Source: Takakia lepidozioides (lineage: Eukaryota; Plantae; Bryophyta). From it: DNA of 64,000 nucleotides. Positions 25,325-37,179 of the stretch are shown piece after piece. How positions within the stretch are numbered: the first letter of the stretch is position 1; each line of letters starts with the position of its first letter. The translations under genes were made by a program, and so were the position numbers. The notes below the pieces were generated by a model. That model had not been told where the DNA came from. It searched no databases and saw nothing but the letters and a program-made list of their open reading frames with translations. The stretch lies in contig CM060731.1 in NCBI GenBank assembly GCA_030704615.1, positions 77,872,001 through 77,936,000 of the forward strand. Direction: 5' to 3'.

Positions 25325-28300
25325 CTATCCCAAGCAGTGTGGACATAACCAATCTCCATCAGGAACCCTCTCAAGAGGTGATGTCAAGCATCCCATGTGC
25401 CAACTTCTTGAGCATCGATCACACACCAGCATAGTAGCGGCACCACGAGCATGCCCACATAGCATGCAACGCAATCCTGCAGGTACCACTACAAGGTTGG
25501 GATCTATCCTCCCATCCACATGTGGAAGGTGACATGGCGCACAATTACGCACATGGTCCTCCATACCATGCCATCTCGACCCTCCAGAATCAACACTCCT
25601 GAAGGCAACACCTCCTTGACCCTTAGAATCACACGTCTTACTGTGACATCCAAGGTTGTAGGCGCCGTTTGCTGCAAATACACATAGTCCCCAGGGTGAA
25701 AACGCCGAACACCTGGCCGATATCCCCCTCCACGTATAGTGGCATACCTCAATGTGTCTCGGGTTGGGCAATAGCAAGATTCTCAAAAGCCATAGGCATG
25801 ACTCTCTTGAACAACTCTGCCCGCTGGGCACATGCTTGTGTCCACACATTCGGATCATCAAGGTTGAGGACTACTGCAGCCTCCCTGCGAATAGACGTAG
25901 GCAAATCTGGCTCTCGGCCAAAGAGAAGGAAATATGGTGAGAAAGAGGCAAGTGATGTTTGCTTGCTAAACTTGTAGCCCATGGCTAGCCAAGGTACCTG
26001 AAGATCTCAATCTCCTAGGTGTCCTTTTTGCAAGCCATACTTGCGCAAACCCCTCTTCACTGTCTGCACCACTCTCTCTGCCAAGCCATCGGCCTCAGGA
26101 TGATCCCGAGAAGTGGTACGGTGGTCTATCAAGGCTTTATCACACAAAGCCTGAAACTCCCCCAAGAACTCTCTCCCTTGGTCCGTGAGTACCTCAGCTG
26201 GAGCACCGAATCGGCTAAGCACACGATCCAGGAATGCATACGCAGCCCCCTCACTAGCCTTGTCAGGCAATGGAACCAACTCAATCCACTTGGAGAAGTG
26301 CTCCACCATCACCAACACATATCTGTGGTGACGCATCGTCAGTGGCAAGGCCCTGCGAAGTCAAGACTCCACCTGTGCCCAATCCCATGATGGTAAAGGA
26401 TGCAATTTGTGTGTAGGGGCGTTGAATGAAGCACGCACCTTGTCACACACCATGCACCTAGCCACAAACTATTGCACCTCTGTGTGCATACCATGCCACC
26501 AATACTGCCCCTACAGTAAACTATGAGTGCGTCGCACTCCAAAATGCCCCAACTCCTCATGGGCATGCCACACTAACTGTGCACGCTGTGTTGGGTGAGG
26601 CACGATCCTCACCCAACCATCCTCCCACACTCGAAGCAGGTGTATCCCCTTCCACTTGAACCTCTTGGCTTGTTGTAGGATCCGATCCCTCTCCTTGGCA
26701 GTCACACTAGCTGCCGTGTCTCTAGTGCGGAGGTAGCCAACACAACCGAATCCTCATGTATATCTCTGGCACCACCTGACTCATCACTAGCCTCAGGGTC
26801 CTCAGACACTCCATCTACAGTCATCCTTATTGTAGGTCCAACCTGACCTCCCGATGCCAAGATACACAAAAAGACAGATGCATGCCATCCCGGCACATCT
26901 CCTTGTCCGTCTCACCATGCCACCGAACTCCAGTGTCATCCTGCTGGCTCGTGCATGGATTGCGACTCAATCCATCCGCATCCCTATTGACCAAACCTGG
27001 TCGATGCACTACCTGAACATGTCTCTCATGCTCCTCCACCGTAGCACGAGAGACAAAGCAATTCCTGTAAGCCTCAGGAACCGCCGTATACGTCGTCTCT
27101 CTCCTCTAGTGACAATAGTCCAATGTCAGGCTCCCAATTGCCCTTTGTAACTGCAACCTTAAGTCCAGCAGACTTAGAGGTAGAGGACGCGTCCCGTTGC
27201 TATGCCGCAACCTCTTGAGCAGTACTCCCTACATGTTCAGTCAATGACAAGGCCTCATTGCCCCATCATCTCATCCTTGAGGACCTCCTCAACCCGAGAA
27301 GAATCCCCAACCTCATCCATCACAGCCGCCTTGGCTGCCAACTCCCTCTGAACCTCGAGCACCTCCCACATGTGCCATGGATGCATGCACCCCGTGGTCC
27401 TCACATGCTCGCCCCCACTCACTGCCTGTACCGTCTCGGTAGGCAGAGAGACCATTGAGGGAAGTGTACTCCGCACTCTGCGTTGCTCAGCTAGAGCCAA
27501 GCTGATAATCCAGGTCAAGCAACTGGAGATCCATTGCTTGCCCCAAGACTTGACGAGTGATGCCTCAGAAAGAGACGACACCGCCGTGGTACCAGTGGTA
27601 AAACCCATTGCCCGCTCACGCTCGTTCAGCATTAGGCTCCACAACTGCTGCAACTTAGCATCCCACAAGAGGCCAGGTCCACTATCCCGGAAAGCATGCG
27701 ATCCTGGGAAGCTGAGCAGTGTAGGTAATGCTGCTCGTGGTTGACCCACCTTGTTGACCACTGCCAAAGGCAAACGGTCATCGTGTCTCACACGCTGAGA
27801 CTTGCTCCCTATGTCCAAAATGCTATCCACTGTGAGGTGTGCTAGCCGCTGCACCCCATCAAATGCACGCGTTAAGCAGTGCGGGTGGCATCAAGTTAGT
27901 CCACCATAACCGTGGACGATGAGCCCGTGACCCCACTACAGCTGCATCCAGCAACATTGCTGACCCAAACCACGACCGGACTTGATGCACACTGGCCATC
28001 ACCTGGCCCGAGAATCGCCCATCAGTGGCACATTCTCCAAGATGCATGCTGGACATACAGCCTGATGAAGCTGTAAGTGGCGCAAAACCCGCCCCATCTC
28101 CCAAAACAGACCCGACCTCGAGTCTCGCAATCCATTGCCATGCCCGGCTAATGAATACCCTTGGCAGGGCCAACCTGCCACTATCAAATCAATGAAGCCA
28201 ACCCGCTCCAAATCCTGCGCCTCTAGCAAGAGAATGTCTGCTGGCAAAGGCCTGCTGATATCCACGAACCGTAGACACCGACAACAACTCAGGGTACTGC

Positions 28301-31172
28301 TGCACCAACTGAGCAATATGACGGAGTGAGACGCGTCGTGCAGTCTCATCCCTCTCCACATACAAGGTAGCCGAACTCGTAGACCTGCTTGTAATACAGC
28401 AGCCAATCCGGTGCGGATCCCGCCAAACAAGTCCAGGAGACAAATGCCTTCATCCAGATACTGCCACACACAGGTGTGGTGTCCAATGGAGACAATTGAG
28501 GTGGTCCTGGTGCAATCCCCACACTCTCCTCCTCTCCTGATGGTACAAAAGCCTCCACCCAGGCTTGTTGCACCCGTCGATCAGCATCCCGCTGCAAATC
28601 CTTGCTCGTGCCCCACAATGGAGTCTGAGCAACCATGGTAGGCAACTCGCCATTACCATACATGTCATCCTGCTCTCCCGGAGGTGGTACATCCTCTGAA
28701 TGAGCATTGCCCTCAAGCAACTCTCTAGGCCAACTCACTGGCGTGAATGCTGCTAGTGGTCGGCATCTTGCCTCGCTGGGCAATCGCAACTCCTCATATG
28801 AACGTCACAGGGAGCTGCACGCGCCGGCCCTCCCCTGACTGCGATCAGGCCTATAGGAAGCTGACTCCTCCCAAAATCCAGGGTGAAAGCCCATGGGGTA
28901 CAACACTGCCCACCAACCAGGACATCGTATGAGACTGCGTCTGTCACAATGGCCTTGGCTCGCATCACTGAGCCATCTATAGGGTGATCCGGCCGTAGTT
29001 TGATAGCCAACTCACGCCGGTGCAATGCCCCGAGCCTGCTCCGATCCTCCCTGAGACGTCTGTATCTGGAAAGGACAAGGCTCCATATCCGCCTCCGTGA
29101 GGCCCAAGCCTGCAATAGCAGCTCTGCCAGCATCAATGGCTGAGCTCCCGAGTCCAACAAGACCCGCGTGGCCGTACCTCTTGCCTGCCGGTCCACTCAA
29201 ACAGAAATGCCATCCTGGTTGTCTAACATGACAACTCCAGGTGTCACCATGGCGCGCTCAATGGCTGGCCTAGCTGGCAGGCTCCATCAACCTGCAGCTG
29301 CAAAGCTTGCCCATGGCGCCGCCGTGGCAGTCTTGACCCTCAAATCCGAGGATCCCTCCGGCACAACACTCCCACTATCTTCCGCAGAAGAATGAAGTAA
29401 CCTCCCCACTCTCACAGATGTTGTAGCGAGCTTGAACACCTCACTTTGTTTTACCCCCGGCGTCGCAATCATGGTAGCCGAGAACAATGGAGCCTGACAC
29501 ACAGATGTGGCGCTCCTAGCAGCACACTAGCAGCCGCCAGCCTTGGCAACACTAGGTAGTGGTGCTACACGTGTAGCTCTCCCCCAATGCATAGTAACCT
29601 CCGCCTCGGTAACGTACCGTCAGGGCGAAACTAGGTGCCATGGATGGCGTCGACACTGTCTCCGCCAATGTGAATGACTGAGGAAGCCTAGCCTGACGGC
29701 TTGCCTCCCCACGCTGTGGATCCAACTCCACCTCTGCACCTCGTGGCTCAGGAACTCGTGCTGCTCCTCGAGTCACGGCTGCAGCAGACTCCACCTGCCT
29801 AGTGGTAGTGTCTGCTGCCACACATGAATCCCCATGCCTCCCATATCTCCTCTCTCAGGAGCAGGAGGTGGACCATCCGGCCTTAGAGCCGTTACCACCC
29901 TGAAGCTGTAGCCATGGCAGCGAGCCTCTGCTCCAGCTGCTGAAGCCGGTTGGCTAGGCCTTGGTCAACACCCTGACCTCCGCGTCCTTGGCCACGTTGA
30001 GCTTGCCCTTTGGCCTGCACCTCGTGGCTGGCCACCTCGTCCTCTCTGGGCTGCTCCATCTCGCCCCCGGCCACCATTGTTCCCTTGGAACTGGCCTGGG
30101 CGCAACTCAGGATGCAAACCATAACACTGGCCTCTCCATGCCCGTGCTTGCCACAATGCCCACACTGCAACTGTGCAGGCTGTGCATGTCCGACCCTTGC
30201 CTCCTTCTGGGCAATCCTTCTTGACATGGGGTCCTCCTTATGTCCAGCACACCACCTCTGCCTGTTGTTGGCCAGCAAATGAAGGGAGAGACCCCTGCAT
30301 CTGAGGTCCTCTCTGCCCTTCCCTGAGCTTCACCTGAGCCCGTTGTTGCCTTGAGCACGTTGAGGTAGTGGTTGGCTAGGAGCACCACTACCCCGTGGTG
30401 TCTCCTTAGTAAATCCCACCATGACCACTCGTTCCTCCACCATGTTGAGCTCTATCCGCTCTGCGAGCAAAAACACATTTGCTAAGGTGGGGTTGGGGCC
30501 GCTTGTAGGAGAGTTGCATCCCGCACCCTTCTCCTCAGCTCCTTGTCCAATATCCCATACCAGAATTGGACTGCCTGAGCTTCCGTAACCCCTCGGGTTA
30601 CATTTATCAGCGCTCATGCGAGTGAAAGCCTCCCTCAAGCTCTCGGTCGGCTTCCGTTGGAACTCTTGCAAGCTCCGCAACTTCTCTGTCCTCACCCCTT
30701 GGTAGTTCCCTCTCAACTCTTCGAAGAACTCCACAACAGGGTTGAAGGCAGGCACGGGTACTAGTGCTGGTGCGGTAGTGGCTTGGGTGGACGTCGTAGC
30801 TACTGTACCACCAGTCCCACTAGTTCCACTGCTACTTGCTGAAGCTGCCGGTGCAGCGGCAGGTGTAGCCACTGCCCTCGTGGCTCTAGTGCCCCTAGTG
30901 ATGGAGACATAGTCGGGTGACCAGTACATCCTCCACTCCTCGATCTCAACCTCATGCCCCCGCCTGAACTCATGGTAATCATCCATAGGCGGCCCCTCAA
31001 GGTGCTGAAACAGCCCTTTCCATGCCATGAAAGGTGTAAATAGTAGTGGATTGCGCATTTGCTGCAAATCACACCAACTATCAAACTCTTGGATAAAATC
31101 ATCCAACTCGATGGTGCCAACCGCCCCGGAGTACCTTCGTGGCCCCTTGGTAGCTCCATACATCTCCTCCAT
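25325..31172 (-). pseudogene. Gag-Pol of copy 2, heavily frameshifted: Gag, protease, DNMT (~28450-27500), RT/RH remnant (~27060-26950), integrase, complete PHD (~25480-25330)
   Basis: Colinear with copy 1; LLDLFGG, DLIVAGWPCQG, ILENV, RPRLWWTN, ERERAMGF; PHD CMLCGHARGAATMLVCDRCSRSWHMGCLTSPLERVPDGDWLCPHC-LG-stop. Confidence 0.88.
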
Positions 31173-32124
31173 TGTGTCCCACAACAATGGCAAGGAAACA
31201 ACTTGCACCGCCGGTATGAGTCCTCCTGATTTACAATCCAAATCAGAACCTTTCGTAGAAGACACAAGAGGTGAAGGTGGCCTAAACCGCACACCTCATC
31301 TCGTGTACCCACTAGTATCGCTAGTGCTCCAACCGGCACTGTCCCCAACAACTAGTGGCACCTCCGTGTTGACAAACTGTCACTCAACTGGTCATGAACA
31401 TGTCCCTAACCCCCTCTCCACAAGGTAACCGGGTAGAGAACCTGTTGCAGCTTATGGTTTGGAATACTAGGTTCCTAACATAGCCTACACATGTACCTGC
31501 ATCCACCGCAAGCACTCCTATGGTTGGCTGGTCATCACCTCCAGCCTCACCACAGGAGAAACAATGATGGTCTGACTGGTCATCACCCTAGCCTCACCAT
31601 CGACAGCATGCTCCAGGACTGGCCGGTGATCCAATCCGGACCAATCACCTATAAAAACAAGCGCCCACACAAAACTAACATGGCGCACAGTCAAGCATGC
31701 AAGTATGGAGGGGATCCAAACACAAGAAATCAAAACGACAACTCCCCCATACCAAAAACAACTCCACGGTGTTGCTCTTGCAAGGACACCCCAGCCCAAA
31801 CCCGGACTGACTCTTGCCTCCACCTACGGAAAGGTCTTGGCCTAATGAGAGGGTGAAAAACTACGAGGAAGAGAAGCTAAGGCAATGCCTAACCCCAGCA
31901 TGCCCTCATCCCAACACTCTTCATCTCCTCTCTTCCCTCACTTGCATGACCATGGGAATATCATGAAGATACTCCTCAAACCGCCCTCCACGAGCTTCAA
32001 AATTCGGCCTTCAAGACCACATGCCAGTCCTTAGGCAGTCCACCAGTGCCTCCACGAGTCAGCACAGGCCATCCACAGGTCAACACGGGCCACCACAGAC
32101 CAGCACAGGCCCACATAGCTCACT

Positions 32125-32580
32125 AGTCACAGCCGTCACAGCCCCACACAGGCCACAGCCTGTCACAGCCCTACACAGGTTACAGGGTCACAGCCCCACA
32201 GGCCGCAGCTTGTCACAGCCCGTCACAGCCCCAAAGGCCACATGCCACAGCCTGTCACAGCCCATCACAACCCCAAAGGCCACAGGCACAGCCTGTCACA
32301 GCCCTACACAGGTTACAGGGTCATAGCCCCACAGGCCGCAGCTTGTCACAGCCCGTCACAGCCCCAAAGGCCACATGCCACAGCCTGTCACAGCCCATCA
32401 CAACCCCAAAGGCCACAGGCACAGCCTGTCACAGCCTGTCACAGCCCTACAAAGGTCAGAGGGTCACAGCCCCAAAGGCCACAGCCCGTCACAACCCCAC
32501 AGGCCATAGAGCACAGCCTGTCACAGCCCACCACAGTCTGTCACAGCCCATCACAGCCCGTCACAGCCCCACATGCCACT
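32125..32580. repeat. CACAGCC-based array in leader of copy 2 with a 133-bp higher-order duplication (32168-32300 / 32301-32433)
   Basis: gccctacacaggttacagggtc... unit recurs at 32168 and 32301. Confidence 0.85.
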
Positions 32581-34108
32581 CATGACAGTTTAGCCATTTC
32601 TCCAAGGGGTTTAGCCACGCCAAGCTAGGGTTTGTGTCTCTTGGACTCTAGGCTTCTTTGCACTGAGCTATGGCAGCTGTGAAGAAATCAACAAGATATT
32701 CTTGCTCTTTTGGCTCTCACACACCACCAATAGTAGCCCTAAGCCATGAGGAAGATGGTTGCCACAAACCAAGCCTTCTTTATCACTTAGACTCCCCAAA
32801 CACGCCACTAAACTCAATGGCAAACAACCAAGCCTTGCTGGTTTCCAGCCCTTGTGAGCACTCATTCAAGCGTTTTCCTTGGCCATAGCATATGTCTTAG
32901 AGCCTATTCCAGCCCCCTACACCTGCCACTTCAAGAGCCATGCTCTATCTAGGCTTGAGGTTGAAACCCCACCTCACACATGCCCTACAAGTGCTTTTCT
33001 TTCACCCAAGTGGGAACCAGCCCTAGCCCTTCCATTCTAGCTCTCTAAAGCTTGAAAACAAAAGCCTAATGGACTGAAGGCATGCTCCACACATGCCCCA
33101 CTCTCACCACAAGAGAATCAGCCCATTTGCTTTCTTTCTTGCACCTACCAACCTGAAAATACACGCTTCAGCGAGCTGGAAGCATGCTCCACACATGCCC
33201 TACAGGGAAACCAGCCCCCTCCTTCTTTTCTTGCACTCCCACACCTGAAAGTACAAGCCTTCAACAGGCTGAAAGCATGCTCCACACATGCATTGCTCTC
33301 ACATAAGGGAAGTCAGCCCTTTCCTCTTCCTTGCTTGCCCTCCAAGCTTGAAGATGGAAGCTTCAATGAGCTGAATACATGCTCCACACATGCAACCTCT
33401 TCACACAAGAGGTATCAGCCCCCTATCTTGGATCCTTCGCTCCTTGATGCTCTCTAAGACAAGACTAAGCACTCCACAGCCCTTGCCAAGCTCCTGAAAC
33501 CCTAAGGCTTACATTTCCAGCCACACGACACTCCTCTTGTGGTGCAAGAGCTCTTCTTCCAAGCTCTGAAACCCTAGGTGCACATTCCATGGCCTTGCCG
33601 CACCTCTTAGCTCCTGTTCTAGCCCTGCTCTTGCCATGACAAGAGCCCTCTCAATGCTGAAGCTCGAGATTGAAACCCAATCTCAACATACTCCACAAAG
33701 TGCACTGATTTGCCCCAAGCCAAATCAGCCCTTTCGCTTGGTCTTGCAATCCTTCACACAATGAAAGCTCGCATTCCCAAGACTAGTCCTCAGCTTTGCC
33801 ACCAAAGCCACTCTAACCTGCTCTTGACTGGTCATCTTCCCAATCGTGCTTGTTCATGCATGTACACAATCTAAAACCATCAAGGTGCTCTGGAATTACG
33901 TGCAGCATGGTGCTTTCATCTCTGAAGTTGAAGATCGAATGCCAAGGTCTACTACCTCGTAACCCACATCGCCTCCGCTTCTAACAACCAAGAGCTCCAC
34001 GGTGCTCCTTGCATAACAACCTGGTTTCTCTCATTCTCAAGCAAAAACCACAAGTGCTACAACTAACTCGTATGTGGCACTTACAGATACGAGCTCATCT
34101 TTCTCGAG

Positions 34109-34438
34109 TGATAAAGAAGAAGAATACAAGCACAAGCTCATGCGAGCTCACAAAGCTGAAGCATAAACTCATGCATATATAACCTCATCACTCAAATACA
34201 AGTCAAGCCAAGTGCATCCCACGCCATGGGGAATCCACACTAAGGCGCCATAGTTAGGCACGGTGAGGCTCAACTCGAGCAAGATGAGCCCACTGCGATC
34301 TGTCGTGAAGATAACAACGTCAGGTGCCCAAACATGTATTGGCCCCCTGGATTGACACTTGGGTCAATCCCAAATGTCAATATATAAAAGCTAGCTATTT
34401 CCTAGCTAACTTCATACTAGTGGTAAAATAACTTGACA
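34109..34438 (-). repeat. Terminal repeat segment B, 5' copy (element 2)
   Basis: TGATAAAGAAG...CTTGACA; shares diagnostic variant (ataacaacgtcaggtgcccaaacatg) with the B copy ending at 24857. Confidence 0.92.
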
Positions 34439-34515
34439 ATCGGCACATTCTGCTCCACCAAGGAAGTAAAAAAACCTTAAATGCAACATGTATCGCGCGC
34501 CACGATGGGGCCTTA

Positions 34516-34832
34516 GAGCATCTCCACCGGGGGTCCCTAATGCCCTGACAACGGCAAAGGAGCCCCCGGCCCTGGTATCCGCACCCCCGGGGCCCGTACT
34601 TTCGTGCAGGATATAGGTCATCTAGGCCCGGCCGGTACCTGCTGGAGCGACTCAAAAACACGACTGAGGATAAGGCGGCGTCTGTCCAGGTGGTCCCTCC
34701 GGAGCAAGGCACGTCAGCCAAAAAGACATGTGCAGGGTAGTTTGATGGGGTTGCCGCTGGGAGAGCGGAGTGTTGGAGGCCGCATGAGATTATTGTTGCA
34801 TTGTTGTTTGGTGTACCCCGGTGGAGATGCTC
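34516..34832. mobile_element. Tourist/PIF-Harbinger-like MITE, ~317 bp
   Basis: Perfect TIR GAGCATCTCCACCGGGG ... CCCCGGTGGAGATGCTC with TTA on both sides. Confidence 0.85.
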
Positions 34833-37179
34833 TTAGACACACTGTTTCACGGCATTTGGTTGCACCGCATTGCAAACTACCTGCGCCACACCCTGACTTG
34901 GACCCCTAAGATTGGTTTGCAAAATTAAGGATTTTTAATGATAGAAATTGGAAAAAAATTTAACTAAAAAAATTTACTTTAAGTAGAGAGCATCCAATGA
35001 GATTAATTGAATCATCATTTTAAGGAAAATTTGATATGTTAACTTAGCGCGTTTCCCAACTTGGTGCGCCATGAATGGTGCTTCAACCCGAGGCCAAGAG
35101 TGAGCCCCTCATCTACAAAAAGGGGCGGGCTCCGACCTTTGTAATATATATTTTTAAAAAGGGGGAAAAGAAAAAAAAACCTCCTAATCTAGAGGTCCCT
35201 TGTCCCTTCTACAATTCAATGCCCCCTTTCAATGGGATTACAAAACATTGAGGATGCATCTAGTTTTTCGTCGCGGATATTCTTGCAAATTTTAGAGCAA
35301 GTTATTGATAGTTTCGTCGGAGAAACTAAATAGAATGTTGTTGGAGTGTAGAGCGGAGGTTGCATATGTTAGGGGCCACTCAGATTGCCGATTTGAAGTC
35401 CAAGGGTATTTTTGTTTATTTATTTATTTATAAACAGGGCAGAGGTAATCAGATTAAAAATGAGAAAAGAAAAAAAGAGATCAAGGAAATTTTTAGGGTA
35501 TCGAAATATGTTGGGCATGCACAAATGTTCGTTTGAGAAATTATTTCATCCATGATGTTCATCAATACCATCAACATCATCCAACCAGAGTTACTTATTA
35601 AAAAACATTTATGGGGAAATGTTTGTCAATTGTTTCGTTTTCTTTTCCAGGCTTGAGTAGATTCTGTCTCGCAATGCCATTGGCACTTACTTAGCTCAGC
35701 TGGTAAGTGCACAGTGTGTCGCCCTGGTGGTTCGGGGTTCAAACCCGCTGTCCTGCTGCCCCCTGTGTGGGATTGTTCGTGACGGTATGTCTGGGCGCTG
35801 ATCGTCCTATAGGTCACCCATAAATGAAAGGGGGTTAATTTTTCCCCCTCCTCTGGCAAGGGCCTGAATTGCGGGCTGTCGCTCCCAGGTTTCCTTTTTT
35901 TTTTTTTTAAAGAGAAAAACAGCCATGATTCCAGGATATTATGAGAATATCTTGCAGAATATTCTTCTGTTGTCGTGAGTATATGGGCTGATGAAGGCAG
36001 GAAAGTTTCATTATTCTTGGTAGAATGAAGAAGGGTCTCCCTCCCCCATCTGTGCAAGAAGATGAAAGTCCCTGAAAGGACCTCAGCATTTTCATGTGAG
36101 CTATGCATAATAGCTTAAAATTTGTTAAAAAAGTACTTTTTCTTTCCATACAATTCTGATTTCAAGAGGGTAGAGAGTTGATCTCCTCAATGGTGCTATG
36201 ATAATGGTCTTGAAGGGAGAGAGATGGTGCTAAGAAAGCCATTGCAGCTTTCCTCATCTCATTTTCTCATTTTACCTCATCTTTCCGGTCGCTGGCCCGC
36301 TTCTGCTTTGCCTCTTGGAGGCGTCAGTGTGGCCTCGACAAAAGTTCTTGTCTCTCATGATTATCATCAACCTTTTGCTTCTTGGTGTCAACTGCACTTT
36401 TGGGTTGCTAGACAGTTAGTATAATGATGATTGATCGAAGTTGAAGAACAAGATCCAGTGGAAAACAATTTAGAGACAAAAAAGAGAACGCAGAGCAGGG
36501 CAAATGATTAGATGTAGTAACCTGCCATCGCTGTGAGGACTCTCCGGGGGGGAGGCAGCAGTTGGCTGTAATGTCAATCTTACAGCAAGTTAGGATATGA
36601 TGAAAGATCACCAAATTTCCTCACATGTAGTCACAAAATCATGCTCACCATAACCGGTATCCTGCCATGTGCATGTAAGTCTGAAGTCTTGTAGGTTACA
36701 TTAGATCATTAGCCTCTGGTGTTGACTGCAAACCAGTCTTGTTGTGGTCACTGGAGCTGGCACCCCTACCAAGAATTTAGTTGTCACACCAGTCTTAGAG
36801 CCCAAGAGGGCACACGATATTACAGGATGTGGCATGAGAATTGGCAGAGATGCAAGGGTCTGCTGCCATCTATCACTGGCATAAAAGATACTGTTTCTTT
36901 TCCTTATAAATACAAAAAACAACTGCACTTGCTTCTTTCCAATGACAAGAAGCGAGCATGTGACCACCTCTATAGGGGCACGCGATCTCTATCACTGAAA
37001 CAACACCGATGGACAGTCTGGACCTGGGCCTTGTTGAACCTGTAATTCAACCGACACTTCAGGGGGACTGCGAGGAAGGTGTTAGATCAGATACACTCCA
37101 TATCATGGTTTTAGCACCAGTAGAGGGAGGGAAATAGAATGCACAAGACAGACAAAACAAGATGGAGGACAGAGGGGTC

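Larger units (their letters stand above)
24332..34438 (-). mobile_element. Ty3/gypsy-type retrotransposon copy 2 (same family; RT/RNase H largely deleted)
   Basis: Termini TGTCGTG...CTTGACA; 4-bp TSD ATCG at 24328-24331 and 34439-34442; repeats A 24332-~24520, B ~24531-24857, A 24860-25064, B 34109-34438. Confidence 0.93.

Noticed and set aside
14281-31292. Programmed frameshifting to explain the many broken pol frames
   Set aside because: Breaks occur at different positions in the two copies, often in homopolymers, consistent with decay or sequencing indels.
13293-34438. Interpretation as one tandem/segmental duplication or a single three-LTR element
   Set aside because: Distinct TSDs, 291 bp of unrelated spacer and copy-specific LTR variants show two independent insertions.
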